Shown one piece after another: positions 49,062 through 59,420 of a DNA stretch of 64,000 nucleotides. The translations under genes and the position numbers were made by a program. Origin of the DNA: an uncultured Akkermansia sp. (GTDB lineage: Bacteria > Verrucomicrobiota > Verrucomicrobiia > Verrucomicrobiales > Akkermansiaceae); assembly GCA_944390825.1 (NCBI GenBank), contig CALXRG010000007.1, positions 35,245-99,244 on the forward strand. The letters run 5' to 3'. Numbering within the stretch: the first letter of the stretch is position 1; each line of letters starts with the position of its first letter. The notes beneath the pieces are model-generated. The model was not told where the DNA came from. It did no database searches and saw only the letters and a program-made list of their open reading frames with translations.

Positions 49062-50233
49062 GACATATACGGGCCATGATTCCTTTACCGCAACACACAG
49101 ACTCCGTCCGTTCATCAGCGTCCCATCAGCATGAACCGGATACGCATAGCCCACGGGGTGAGAAGAACTTGCCGAGGAAACTTCCCCTGTTCAGCGTCGT
49201 GATTCCGGCTTATCGTGTCGAGCGTTATCTGGAGACAACACTGAAAAGCGTATACGCACAGACAGAGACGGATTTTGAAATTGTAGTCGTGGATGACGGC
49301 TCACCGGACGGCACAGCGGAGATACTGCGCCGTCAAACGGATCCGCGTCTGCGGGTTATCCGCCAGGCTAATCAGGGCGAATGCAGTGCTCGAAACCGGG
49401 GCATGCGTGAAGCCCGCGGCACCTACATTGCTCTGCTGGATGCCGATGATGCCTGGCGTCCCAATCACCTTGAGCTGGCAAGACAGGCGCTTGAAGCTTA
49501 CCCGGAATACGGTTGGTATGCCAGTACACATGAGCGGGTAGAGGGAGAGGAGATCAGCCCTGATCATTTTGCCATGCCGGCCAAGCAGCGTTCGCTCAAA
49601 GCAGTGAATTGGTATTTGGAAGGGTTCGTGGATATGCTTCCTTGCTCCTGTTCTGTCTTTCGCAGAGATATTGTTCAGGGTACCGATCTTTTCCCTGTGG
49701 GTGTTAAAATGTTTGGCGACAACATAGGACTGTCCCGCCTGTGCAGGCAGTATCCTATGTTCCTGCTCAGCGACGCAGAGAGCATGATTTATCTTGATCG
49801 CACCACGTCGGCCACAGGTATCTACCGGCAGACCGGTTTTGGCTCGCGCTCCGGTGTTGAGCTCGATGCACTGCGGTTGCATCAGGCCTTGGCAGCAGAG
49901 CCGGGATGCAGCCGCGAAGCCAGGTTGATGTATCGCCACTTTTCCCTGAACAACTGGTGGATGCGCATCAGCTCCGCTTCCTTAATCGGCTGGCTGCCTG
50001 AGATAGCAGAGCGCCGTCCGCTGACCGGGGCTGGTTGTACCCTTTGGCTAAAGGTTTTTTGCTTGCTCAATCACATTGTCTGCCGCGCCATGCGCTGGGG
50101 AATCCGGCGCCGGATCAACAGTCTTCGCCGCACCATGGATCGCCTGGCGGCAGAGCAACGTGTTATTTTAAATCCCTCACCTCAGAGCAGTCATTCTGCA
50201 GCATCTGCTCAGGCAACGTCCAACACCCCATGA
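49058..50233 (+). CDS. Family 2 glycosyltransferase (soluble, polysaccharide-type)
   Basis: FSVVIPAY, VVVDDGSPD, NQGECSARNRG, YIALLDADD. Confidence 0.9.
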   Translation: MRHIRAMIPLPQHTDSVRSSASHQHEPDTHSPRGEKNLPRKLPLFSVVIPAYRVERYLETTLKSVYAQTETDFEIVVVDDGSPDGTAEILRRQTDPRLRVIRQANQGECSARNRGMREARGTYIALLDADDAWRPNHLELARQALEAYPEYGWYASTHERVEGEEISPDHFAMPAKQRSLKAVNWYLEGFVDMLPCSCSVFRRDIVQGTDLFPVGVKMFGDNIGLSRLCRQYPMFLLSDAESMIYLDRTTSATGIYRQTGFGSRSGVELDALRLHQALAAEPGCSREARLMYRHFSLNNWWMRISSASLIGWLPEIAERRPLTGAGCTLWLKVFCLLNHIVCRAMRWGIRRRINSLRRTMDRLAAEQRVILNPSPQSSHSAASAQATSNTP

Positions 50234-50243
50234 CCCGTACCCC

Positions 50244-51104
50244 ATGACGATCAGTAAGCGCCGTCTCGTCCTTTTTGTGCCGATTTGTCTCGTTCTCTTC
50301 GGCTTGTCCGTGTTGCTCTATGGTCATTTGTGGGAGCGGGAAAACGTGCAGGAAACACACCTCCAGTGGGAACTGCCGACCTGGAAAGGCCGGATGCTGA
50401 CGATGGTCGTGCTCAGTGACCTTCATTTGCGTCCCGGGGACGGCGATTACATCGATCGCATTGTTTCCCGCACGTTGGAATTGGGGCCGGATGCCATTCT
50501 CCTGCTCGGTGATTTTTACAATGGCCATCTGCCACAGGACAGCATGAGTGATGAAGAGATAGTTCACCATTTGAAGCCCCTCACGCAACGGCCCTGTTTT
50601 GCTGTCTTTGGCAACCATGATGATTATCACGGTATGGTGAAGTCCAGGCAGCTTCTCAACACCATCGGCATACCCGATGTAACCGGAAAAAGCTTTGTCC
50701 TCAAAATCGACGGCCACCGCCTGCGCATTGGCGGGGTCCACTGTCCTTTCTTCTATCGGCGCGGCACGACCGTACCCGAACCGGAAGCCGGTATACCTTT
50801 TATCCTGCTGAGTCATTCTCCCGAGATCATCGGTCATGCCAAGCCTGGCACCGATCTCATCCTGGCGGGCCACACGCACGGTGGCCAGGTGTGTCTGCCC
50901 TGGGGCAGACCCCTGGGGCCGGACTGGTTCCTTGGGATTCCGGCCGAGCGGTCCAGCGGACTGATCGAGCAGCAGGGCCAAAGCATGTACGTCAGCCGCG
51001 GGTTGGGTACCAGCATTCTGCCGTTTCGACTGTTCTGCCGCCCCGAGCTTCTCGTGCTTTATCTTTCGCCCGGCACCGGCAACCAAAGCTCTCAGCAAAA
51101 ATGA
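50244..51104 (+). CDS. Metallophosphoesterase (YkuE-like) with N-terminal TM helix
   Basis: SDLH, GD, GNHD, SHSP and GHTHGGQ motifs; VSRGLG. Confidence 0.92.
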   Translation: MTISKRRLVLFVPICLVLFGLSVLLYGHLWERENVQETHLQWELPTWKGRMLTMVVLSDLHLRPGDGDYIDRIVSRTLELGPDAILLLGDFYNGHLPQDSMSDEEIVHHLKPLTQRPCFAVFGNHDDYHGMVKSRQLLNTIGIPDVTGKSFVLKIDGHRLRIGGVHCPFFYRRGTTVPEPEAGIPFILLSHSPEIIGHAKPGTDLILAGHTHGGQVCLPWGRPLGPDWFLGIPAERSSGLIEQQGQSMYVSRGLGTSILPFRLFCRPELLVLYLSPGTGNQSSQQK

Positions 51105-51172
51105 TTGCCAAAATCCCCGACATTTGCTAAACTCCACGCGCAACACAGTTGTGTTGTTCTGTTGTCACGTCC

Positions 51173-52180
51173 ATGAGTTTCCAATTCTTCAGCAAACTGC
51201 GCAACCGCCGCGAACACATTCGGCTCGTCAAGGCCGAACTGCAAAAAGTCCGTGACGTCATGGCGGAGCAAACACAGCAATTTGCACCCTATGTCCGCGA
51301 GTATATGCGGCGCATTTGCCAGGCTCGCGGCAAAATGATCCGCCCGGGCCTCGTTCTGCTAACGGCTGCCGCCACAGGAGGTATTAAGCATAAGCATGTT
51401 ACATTTGCCGCCATCATGGAAATGGTGCATATGGCGTCGCTGATACATGATGACGTGCTGGACAAGGCCGACATCCGCCGGGATCAGCCAACCCCCAATG
51501 CACTTTGGGGCAACGAACTGGCCGTTCTGCTGGGTGATGTGTTGCTTTCGCAGGCCATGGTGATGGGCTCCGAACTGGCAGATGCCGATTTCTGCCGCCG
51601 CATGTCGCTGGCCGTGCGTGATCTTTGTCAGGGTGAAGTGGAGCAGTCCAGCCGTCTCTGGGACGCCGAAATGACCCGGGACGACTATTACGAGGTCATT
51701 CGCAAAAAAACGGCAACACTTTTTGCCATGTGCATGTCCGGGGCTGCATATCTTCAGGGCTTGGATGAGGAACTCATCAGCAACCTGGAGCGCATGGGCA
51801 CGCTGTTGGGTATTTCCTACCAGATTTATGATGACTGTCTTGACCTGACCGGTCAGGATGACGGTGCGGGCAAAACGCTGGGTACGGATAATGAAAAAGG
51901 CAAGCTCACGCTGCCGATTTTCTTCCTGATGGAATCCAGTTATGATGATGTGGCCACATATGTGCGCCATTGCGTCATGAACAGGGAGGAAATCGACTTT
52001 GACCGCTTGCGCGGCACAGAAGCTTTCCATGAAGCTATCCGCCTTTCGGTGCAGGAAGGCATCGAACGCAACGAAGCCGCCCGCGAAGTTCTCTGGATGC
52101 TGCCGGAATCTTCCGCCCGCGAAGCCTTGACCGAGATGACTTACCGCCTCGATGATATGCTGCGCGACTGCTGCAGCTAG
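51173..52180 (+). CDS. Polyprenyl diphosphate synthase (octaprenyl/heptaprenyl type)
   Basis: GKMIRP, HDDVLD (FARM), RR, YDDCLD (SARM), GKLTLP. Confidence 0.92.
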   Translation: MSFQFFSKLRNRREHIRLVKAELQKVRDVMAEQTQQFAPYVREYMRRICQARGKMIRPGLVLLTAAATGGIKHKHVTFAAIMEMVHMASLIHDDVLDKADIRRDQPTPNALWGNELAVLLGDVLLSQAMVMGSELADADFCRRMSLAVRDLCQGEVEQSSRLWDAEMTRDDYYEVIRKKTATLFAMCMSGAAYLQGLDEELISNLERMGTLLGISYQIYDDCLDLTGQDDGAGKTLGTDNEKGKLTLPIFFLMESSYDDVATYVRHCVMNREEIDFDRLRGTEAFHEAIRLSVQEGIERNEAAREVLWMLPESSAREALTEMTYRLDDMLRDCCS

Positions 52181-52261
52181 TTTCCGTGACCGTTGCCTGA
52201 CGTTGTGCCGCCACTGCGGGCGGCAGCTGTATCTGTTCCATCTCATTCATACCATTCATTC

Positions 52262-53107
52262 ATGTTAGTCAGCCCGGATACCAGCCTCGTTCGCCCGGAA
52301 AAAATGCGGCCCTGCTGCCCGAACTTCTCCACCAAAGTATGGAAAAGCATCCAGGAGGTAGCCCAAAGTGCCACGGCCAACGAGCCTAAGATTTACAGTA
52401 TGCTCGACGACATCGTGCTGAGTCGCACCTCGCTTGGCAACGCTGTTGCCGTCCGGCTTGCCCGCCGGCTTTCGCGCCGCGATATGGGCCGTGACGAGCT
52501 CGAGCCGCTCTTCCGGACTCTTTTTAAGCAAAACCCATTGATCGTGGAAAGCATGGCGGCTGACTTGCTGGCGATCGTTGAGCGCGATGCCGCATGCCAC
52601 AACGCCTTGGAGCCGCTTCTTTTCTTCAAGGGCTTTCACGCGCTGGCCACCTACCGCATTGCTCACCAGCTTTGGCTTGAAGGTCGGTATTTGCTCGCAC
52701 TCTTTTTCCAAAGTGTAGGCAGTGAGGTATTCGGGGTGGATATCCACCCTGCAGCACAAATTGGCTGCGGCATCCTGCTGGATCACGGCACGGGTTTTGT
52801 AGTGGGTGAAACCGCCATCATCGAAAATGACGTCTCGATGCTGCACGAAGTTACCCTCGGTGGCACTGGCAAGGAAAAAGGAGGCGCCCGCCACCCGATT
52901 GTGCGCAGTGGCGTACTCATCGGTGCCGGCGCCAAAGTACTCGGCCGCGTCGAAATCGGTGAATGCGCCAAAATAGCCGCTTCCTCCGTTGTATTGGACA
53001 ACGTCCGCCCCCATACCACCGTTGCCGGTGTTCCGGCGGTGGAAGTCGGTTCCTCGGGCAGCGATTCACCAGCCATGTGTATGCAGCAGCGCCTCTGCGA
53101 CGAATAA
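52262..53107 (+). CDS. cysE: Serine O-acetyltransferase
   Basis: ERDAAC, FFKGFHAL, DIHPAA, DHGTG, GGTGKE, RHP, hexapeptide repeats. Confidence 0.96.
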   Translation: MLVSPDTSLVRPEKMRPCCPNFSTKVWKSIQEVAQSATANEPKIYSMLDDIVLSRTSLGNAVAVRLARRLSRRDMGRDELEPLFRTLFKQNPLIVESMAADLLAIVERDAACHNALEPLLFFKGFHALATYRIAHQLWLEGRYLLALFFQSVGSEVFGVDIHPAAQIGCGILLDHGTGFVVGETAIIENDVSMLHEVTLGGTGKEKGGARHPIVRSGVLIGAGAKVLGRVEIGECAKIAASSVVLDNVRPHTTVAGVPAVEVGSSGSDSPAMCMQQRLCDE

Positions 53108-53200
53108 AGACTGCGCCGCATGGCAAGAAGTCAAGCACACCGGACACGCGCTGCCATCCTTCTCCCCGCCATTTTCCACCATTCTGTTCCTGATTCCGGC

Positions 53201-54775
53201 ATGATTACTGAAGTGGACATCCACCTGCCTTTGCGCAAAGCCTTGCGCGAGGATTCGCGCCGCAAAGCCGTCGCTCAGCAGTTTGGCATTTCCCCCAAGC
53301 GCGTCTTGGAGATGCGCCTGCTCAAAGAAAGCATCGACGCCCGCCGGCGCCCCATCTGCAAGCAACTGCGCCTCCTGGTCGGCATTGACGAGCCCCTCCC
53401 GCCCGCTCCGTCCATCGAGCGCCACTACGATCCTGTACCGGCCGGTGCGCGCCGCGTCATTATCGTAGGCAGCGGTCCCGGTGGACTCTTTGCCGCACTG
53501 CGCTGTATTGAACTTGGTCTCAAGCCCATCGTGCTTGAACGCGGCAAAGACGTCTCCGCCCGCCGCTTCGACCTCCAACCCATCAACTGCGCCGGCCGCG
53601 TCATCGAAGACTCCAACTACTGCTTCGGTGAAGGCGGCGCCGGCACCTTCTCCGACGGCAAACTCTTCACCCGCGCCACCAAGCGCGGCCCCGTCATGGA
53701 AATCTACGAAACCTTCGTCGCCCATGGCGCTTCCCCGGAAATCCTCACCGACGCCCACCCTCACATCGGATCCAACCGCCTGCCCAACATCATCAAGGCC
53801 ATGCGCGGCAGCATTCTGGCCGGTGGCGGTGAAGTCCACTTCCAAAGCCGTGTTACGGGACTTCTCAGATCAGCGGATAGCCGCCGCCTGCTGGGTGTCC
53901 GCACAGCTGACGGCACAGAGTACACCGGCGATGCCGTCATCCTTGCCACCGGTCACAGCGCGCGTGACGTCTACCGCATGCTGAGAGATGCGCATATCCG
54001 CCTTGAGCGCAAACCCTTTGCCGTCGGCGTACGCATCGAGCACCCCCAGCAGCTCATTGATACAGCCCAGTACCACTTGCGACCGGGCGAAGTCCGTCCC
54101 GAGGGACTGCCGGCAGCCCGCTACACCCTGGCTACCAAAATAGAGGGCAGGGGAGTCCATTCCTTCTGCATGTGCCCCGGCGGCTTCATCGTCCCCGCCG
54201 CCACCGAAAATGACGAAGTCGTCGTCAACGGCATGAGCCTCTCCCGGCGCAACTCCCCCTTTGCCAATTCGGGATTTGTCGTCACCGTCGAACCGGAAGA
54301 CACCGATCCGTACCTGCCCGAGCATGGTGTGCTCTCCGGCATCGCCTACCAGAAAGCCCTGGAAATCGCCACATCACGGGCAGGCGGCGGCATGCAGAAA
54401 GCCCCGGCTCAACTCGTCACCGACTTTCTTGCCCGCCGTCTCAGCCGCGAGTTGCCCCGCACCAGCTACCACCCCGGCATCACCCCCTGGGATCTCAACG
54501 GGCTGCTGCCCTCCAGTGTCTGCTGGCGCCTGCGCGAAGGCCTCCGGCTCTTCCACCGCAAACTGCACGGCTTTGCCGGCGAAGAAGCCCTGCTCATCGG
54601 CTGCGAAACCCGCACCAGCTCACCCGTACGCATCCCGCGCGACGAGCACACCCTCCAGCATCCCGACCTCGCCGGACTCTATCCCTGCGGTGAGGGCGCA
54701 GGATACGCCGGCGGTATAGTTTCCGCCGCGCTGGACGGCCGCCGCTGCGCCGAAGCCGTCGCTGCACAGTGCTGA
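53201..54775 (+). CDS. Uncharacterised FAD-dependent oxidoreductase (COG2509 type)
   Basis: GSGPGG Rossmann motif, FGEGGAGTFSDGKL, HIGS, ATGHSARD, FCMCPGG, GEGAGYAGGIVSAALDG. Confidence 0.9.
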   Translation: MITEVDIHLPLRKALREDSRRKAVAQQFGISPKRVLEMRLLKESIDARRRPICKQLRLLVGIDEPLPPAPSIERHYDPVPAGARRVIIVGSGPGGLFAALRCIELGLKPIVLERGKDVSARRFDLQPINCAGRVIEDSNYCFGEGGAGTFSDGKLFTRATKRGPVMEIYETFVAHGASPEILTDAHPHIGSNRLPNIIKAMRGSILAGGGEVHFQSRVTGLLRSADSRRLLGVRTADGTEYTGDAVILATGHSARDVYRMLRDAHIRLERKPFAVGVRIEHPQQLIDTAQYHLRPGEVRPEGLPAARYTLATKIEGRGVHSFCMCPGGFIVPAATENDEVVVNGMSLSRRNSPFANSGFVVTVEPEDTDPYLPEHGVLSGIAYQKALEIATSRAGGGMQKAPAQLVTDFLARRLSRELPRTSYHPGITPWDLNGLLPSSVCWRLREGLRLFHRKLHGFAGEEALLIGCETRTSSPVRIPRDEHTLQHPDLAGLYPCGEGAGYAGGIVSAALDGRRCAEAVAAQC

Positions 54776-54900
54776 ATCACCAGCGTACCCGCCTGCACAT
54801 ACTTCGTAATCAGTGGGCACGTGCAGCGAAATACCCCACCGCGGTATAAACCCCGCGGTAGAAAAACAGAAACATCGGGCAAAAATCAAAGCATTTGGGA

Positions 54901-54928
54901 TTGAACTGCCAAACAGGCATGCTATAAT
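54901..54928 (+). promoter_or_regulatory. sigma70-like promoter of the sugar porter
   Basis: TTGAAC-16-TATAAT with TGC extended -10; ATG 9 nt downstream. Confidence 0.72.
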
Positions 54929-54937
54929 CCAGTTGCT

Positions 54938-57016
54938 ATGAGTACTCCCGCAACAACCACCGAGCTTCCCGCATCGGTGAAACGCTACGCCATGTACCTG
55001 ATGGTCATGGCCGGTCTTGGCGGTCTTCTCTATGGTGTAGACGTCGGCATCATCGCCGCTGCGCTTCCTTACATCGAGAAAACCTCCACCTACACCCCGC
55101 AACAGCTCTCCATCGTCGTTGCGGCCGTGCTTCTCGGCTCCGTTCTCTCCTCCCTCTTCGCCGGCATGCTGGCTGAGTGGCTGGGCCGCAAGAAGGTCAT
55201 CATCATCTCAGCACTTCTTTTCACGCTGAGCATCCCCTGCATCTGCTTCTCCAACGGCGTCTTTGAAGCGCTGATGGGCGGCCGCATTCTCCAGGGCGCT
55301 TCCGCCGGCCTCGTCGGCGTCGTCGTCCCGATGTACCTCGCCGAGTGCCTGGATGCCAAATCACGCGGCAAAGGCACGGGCATGTTCCAATTCATGCTCA
55401 CTGTGGGGCTTGTTTTTGCGGCTCTCATCGGCATCTGCACCACCGCTTGGGTAGGAGCGGCGGATGACGTCACCGTCAGCGCCAGCTCCAAGATCATGGC
55501 CTGGCAGACCATCTTCTGGTGCTGCACCATCCCCGGCCTCATCCTCTTCTTCGGCGCCTTCCGTTTGAAAGAATCTCCCCGCTGGCTCTATCGCCGCGGC
55601 CGTGAGCAGGAGGCTCTCATTGCTCTGGCTGCCAACAACGGCGACGCCGCTGCCAAGGAGATCCTCGACGAAATGAAGGCCGCTGACAAAGCCGAGCAGG
55701 AAGAAAAAGCCGCCATGGCCGAAGCCGCCAAAGGCGACACCCTCTTCCAGCGCAAGTACATCATCCCCTTCATCCTTGCCGTCGTCATCCTTGCCTGCAC
55801 GCAGGCCACCGGCATCAACTCCGTGCTCAACTACTCCGTCAAGATCTTCCAGCAGGCAGGTCTGCAGGGTGAGCAGGCCAACATCGCCGACCTCGCTATC
55901 AAAGTCGTCAACATGGTGATGACCATGGTGGCCGTAGCACTCGTGGACAAGAAAGGACGCAAGTTCCTCCTCATGGTGGGCACCACCGGCATCATCGTTG
56001 GTCTCGTCGGCGTGGGTGCCATGTTCCTCATGCTGGAAAACAAACGGGTCGACATCACCGAGTACGTCAACACCCTTGTCCAGGACAAGGCCTATGTCAA
56101 ACTCTCCGTTGAAGACGCCGTCAAATACGCCAAAGAGAAACATGCTGACCAGATGCTGCCTGAGTTCATGAACGGTGATGCCGTAGCTCCGGGCATGCAG
56201 CTCATCGTCACCTACCAGCAAGGCAGCTCCAGCAACCAGGTCGTTGCAGAATACTATGACCGCGCTCCCGAACTGGCCAAGGTCGCCGCTGCCGGCCTCA
56301 CCTATGAGGACAACGCCATGGCTCCCGTGGATGTGACCGCTGCCCAGGCAGCCTTCATCCAGTCCCTGAGCGCAGAAAACGTCTTGGACACCACAGCCTC
56401 CAAGCTCTCCGACAAGATCCGCACCGGCGCGGTCACACTCCCGGAAGGCACCGATAAGGCTGCCGTGGTCAAAGCTCTGCAAACCCTTGAGCAAGACAGC
56501 GACCGCGCCATCGTAGTTCCCGGCTTTGCTCCCAAGCCCACCTTCATGGACTACATCACCTTCTGGAACGACATCGCCCCCACCGGCAGCCTTCAGGAGC
56601 TCACCATCACCCGCGCAGAAATCGGTATGAAGCCTGACGCCACCACCGGCTGGATTGTCACCGTCTTCTTCATCGTCTTCATCGCCTTCTACGCCGCCGG
56701 TCCGGGTGTCTGCGTCTGGCTGGCCCTCTCGGAACTCATGCCCACCCGCATCCGCGCCAACGGCATGGCCATCGCCCTGCTCATCAACCAGGGCGTTTCC
56801 ACCACCATCGCAGGCGCCTTCCTGCCCTGGGTGGGAGCCTCCGGCTACTCCAGCGTCTTCTTCACGCTGGCGGGCTGCACCGTCATCTACTTCATCACTG
56901 CTGCCTTCTTCCTGCCGGAAACCAAAGGCCGCACGCTTGAAGAGATCGAACAGTACTTCACCACCGGCAAGATGCCCAAGTCCAAGGAAGAAGAAGAAGA
57001 AGAGGCCAAAGCCTAA
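54938..57016 (+). CDS. Sugar porter family MFS transporter with a large extracytoplasmic insertion
   Basis: GGLLYGVD, GRK, PMYLAE, ESPRWL, QATGINSVLNY, DKKGRK, WLALSELMP, LPETKGRTLEEI. Confidence 0.93.
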   Translation: MSTPATTTELPASVKRYAMYLMVMAGLGGLLYGVDVGIIAAALPYIEKTSTYTPQQLSIVVAAVLLGSVLSSLFAGMLAEWLGRKKVIIISALLFTLSIPCICFSNGVFEALMGGRILQGASAGLVGVVVPMYLAECLDAKSRGKGTGMFQFMLTVGLVFAALIGICTTAWVGAADDVTVSASSKIMAWQTIFWCCTIPGLILFFGAFRLKESPRWLYRRGREQEALIALAANNGDAAAKEILDEMKAADKAEQEEKAAMAEAAKGDTLFQRKYIIPFILAVVILACTQATGINSVLNYSVKIFQQAGLQGEQANIADLAIKVVNMVMTMVAVALVDKKGRKFLLMVGTTGIIVGLVGVGAMFLMLENKRVDITEYVNTLVQDKAYVKLSVEDAVKYAKEKHADQMLPEFMNGDAVAPGMQLIVTYQQGSSSNQVVAEYYDRAPELAKVAAAGLTYEDNAMAPVDVTAAQAAFIQSLSAENVLDTTASKLSDKIRTGAVTLPEGTDKAAVVKALQTLEQDSDRAIVVPGFAPKPTFMDYITFWNDIAPTGSLQELTITRAEIGMKPDATTGWIVTVFFIVFIAFYAAGPGVCVWLALSELMPTRIRANGMAIALLINQGVSTTIAGAFLPWVGASGYSSVFFTLAGCTVIYFITAAFFLPETKGRTLEEIEQYFTTGKMPKSKEEEEEEAKA

Positions 57017-57045
57017 GCCTCTCTTCAGCCAGTTCCATTCCCACC

Positions 57046-57078
57046 GCCGGCGCTGCTTCCCGCAGCGCCGGCTTTTTT
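57046..57078 (+). terminator. Intrinsic terminator after the sugar porter
   Basis: GCCGGCGCTGC-TTCCC-GCAGCGCCGGC followed by TTTTTT. Confidence 0.92.
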
Positions 57079-57675
57079 GTTGGCTTCGTTCTTATGGAAG
57101 CGTTGTTTAGTCGTTTGTGTTTCTTTGCAGCATCCGGCAGGCCGGCACATTCCATGCGAACAGTACCTGCCGGGCTGAAATGCATCTTTAGAAGAAACGG
57201 AGCGCCGTGTGTGAGCGTTGGATACCGACACTGCTGCCTGAGGCGGTGCATCTGCTCAAGTGCCGGATGGTACTTGGGATAGTATCACAGAGGAAGCAGC
57301 CTGGCAGATGAACGATACAGCGTGGCGTGCCTCACACACCTGACGGAGTGATGATCGGAAAGCCGATGACTTCTGTGGCAGGGTGGGGGTGACAAGACCT
57401 CTTATGGTCAAATAGAAAAAAGAGACACGAAAATCCGCTATGACGCATACATGGTAATGCATGTGCATCGCGCGTTTGCCGGGCCCGGTGCTCAGGGATG
57501 AAGGCAGAAGGGAAGGGGAGGGCAGGCTGAGAATCCCGCCTGATGTAGAATCCCGCCTAGTGTGGGGTCCCCGGAGGATGTCCTTGGAGGATATCCGTGG
57601 GGGATGGAAGGACGCGTTGTGTGAAAGGCCTGGCGGGCACTGAGTGCCTTCAACACCGTCAGCAGGCGGGAGAGC

Positions 57676-58470
57676 TTAGCTTTTCCTTTCGCTGGTGGCT
57701 TGCTGGCCGGTGCCGGTTTCTCCGCGAGCCAGGGTGGGCTCCTCGGGTGCGGCGGGGGCAGCGGCAGACTGAGGGGCGGTGGAGTTGCCCTTTTCGCGTG
57801 TGAGGTACTTCATGAGGGCGTAGAGGCCGGCCAGCAGGAGGACACCGAGGACGATGAGGTGGGACTCTGCCTTGACGGCGGCAATGAGGGTTTCGGGGGA
57901 GTTGAGGATGTCTGGATTGCGGGCGCCGACTTTATCGCCAAACCAGGCGAGGACAGTGCACCAGATGGCGGAGCCGGTGATGGTGGCGATGCTGAACCAG
58001 GTGAAGTTAACGCGTGCGATGCCGGCGGGGATGGAAATGAGGTGCCGGATGACGGGCAGGAAGCGTGAGAAAAAGATGCCGGCGGTGGAGTACTCGTTCA
58101 TGAAGCGTTCGGCGGTTTCGACCTTGTGCCGGGGCATGAAGAAATACTTGCCGAAGCGGTAGATGAAGGGGCGACCGAACCAAAGGGCGCAGATGTACAT
58201 AATGACGGAGCCGACGTAGGAGCCGATGGTACCTGCCAGCACAACTCCCCAGAAGCTCATGTTGGAATCTCCCTGGCTGGCGAGGATGGCTGCCGGGGGA
58301 ACAACAACTTCACTTGGCACGGGCAGGATGGAGCTTTCCATGGCCATGAGCAGGCCTACTCCCCAGTAGCCCCACTGCTCTACCCAGGTCATCCAGGTGG
58401 TGAGCAGGTGCTCTGCCCAGTAGCTCCACTGCTCTGCCCAATTCGTCCATGATGCAATCAGCTCGTGCAT
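57676..58470 (-). CDS. dedA: DedA family membrane protein
   Basis: MAMESSILPVPSEVV, GSYVGS, SRFLPVIRHLISIPAG, GSAIW. Confidence 0.92.
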   Translation of the reverse strand: MHELIASWTNWAEQWSYWAEHLLTTWMTWVEQWGYWGVGLLMAMESSILPVPSEVVVPPAAILASQGDSNMSFWGVVLAGTIGSYVGSVIMYICALWFGRPFIYRFGKYFFMPRHKVETAERFMNEYSTAGIFFSRFLPVIRHLISIPAGIARVNFTWFSIATITGSAIWCTVLAWFGDKVGARNPDILNSPETLIAAVKAESHLIVLGVLLLAGLYALMKYLTREKGNSTAPQSAAAPAAPEEPTLARGETGTGQQATSERKS

Positions 58471-58477
58471 GGGCCCT

Positions 58478-58505
58478 ATTATGCACACTCAGCGCTGAAT
58501 GTGAA
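58478..58505 (-). promoter_or_regulatory. sigma70-like promoter of dedA (leaderless type)
   Basis: Minus strand TTCACA-16-CATAAT; 7 nt to the ATG; the palindrome TCAGCGCTGA lies in the spacer. Confidence 0.6.
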
Positions 58506-58638
58506 GCCCTTTTTGGTGTTTTTTTCCTGACATAAGAGGAGGGAAGGGGTGGATGCTGCGGGAGCGGAAAAGGTGTAAATGAATAGCCCCGCCTCCTTGC
58601 GGAGACAGGGCCCGGACATGTGTGTGTATGCTGTGAGA

Positions 58639-59058
58639 TCAGGCCTTCGGGGCGTCTTGCGGCACGAGAACCAGGCGGATCGGCGTGCTGGCGACTACCT
58701 CGCCGTCGAGGGTAACGTCGATGCAGTAGTTACCGCTCTTGTCGAACTTGAGACCCTGGAAGTTCATGATGAGGTTGCGGGTCAGGAAGGCTGCACCTTC
58801 GGGCAGAGCGACGGAGAGGTCGCCGACGATGGGCATGTGCTCCTTGTCCAGGGGAGTGCCGTCCTCATCGACGATAGAGATGCCAAGCTTGTGGTCACCG
58901 GCGTCCTCGGGGGTAAGGCAAAGGCGGAGGGCCAGGGCGCAGGCGGGGTGCACGACGGGGAACTGGCGGGCGAAAAGAGTATCAAAGGCGCCCTGAACGC
59001 AGAGCTTGCCCTGATAATCGGCGGCGTAGTCGCAAAGTACTGCTACTTGAATATCCAT
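58639..59058 (-). CDS. Conserved hypothetical beta-sandwich protein (DUF6941-like)
   Basis: AVLCDYAADYQGKLCVQGAFD...G-x-Y-x-I-D-V-x-L-D-G pattern. Confidence 0.7.
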   Translation of the reverse strand: MDIQVAVLCDYAADYQGKLCVQGAFDTLFARQFPVVHPACALALRLCLTPEDAGDHKLGISIVDEDGTPLDKEHMPIVGDLSVALPEGAAFLTRNLIMNFQGLKFDKSGNYCIDVTLDGEVVASTPIRLVLVPQDAPKA

Positions 59059-59420
59059 TGTAGTATGTATGTTAAGTGTTGTAAATCCGCTGTGCGGAAG
59101 TGCTTTAGCTGTTGTATCAGAATTGCTCGGGAAATCAAGCTAAAAAGTGAGGGAGAGGGGGAAAAGTCACGTGTGTCACTATTTTTTATGAAGTGATGAG
59201 TCAGGTACGGGCCCGTTCGGATGATAGTCGGCCGGCACCAGAGAGGCGCCTCAGCAGGGAGAAACTCAGGAGGGAGAAACTCTGTGACGGGGCAGGGCAG
59301 GGGCCCTGTGAGCAGATGTCGCCCTGGTGTCGGATGGCGGAGAGGTTGATGCCCCGTTCCTTTCTGATGCGTGGGTGCTTTGCCCGGGATATGCGGGAGG
59401 ACGGGATTCGCGTGAAAGAA

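Noticed and set aside
59050-59077. GTATGTTAAGT resembling the XerD arm of dif
   Set aside because: The left arm (AATATCCATTG) does not resemble a XerC site and overlaps a start codon; a dif site is also implausible next to a parS/oriC region.
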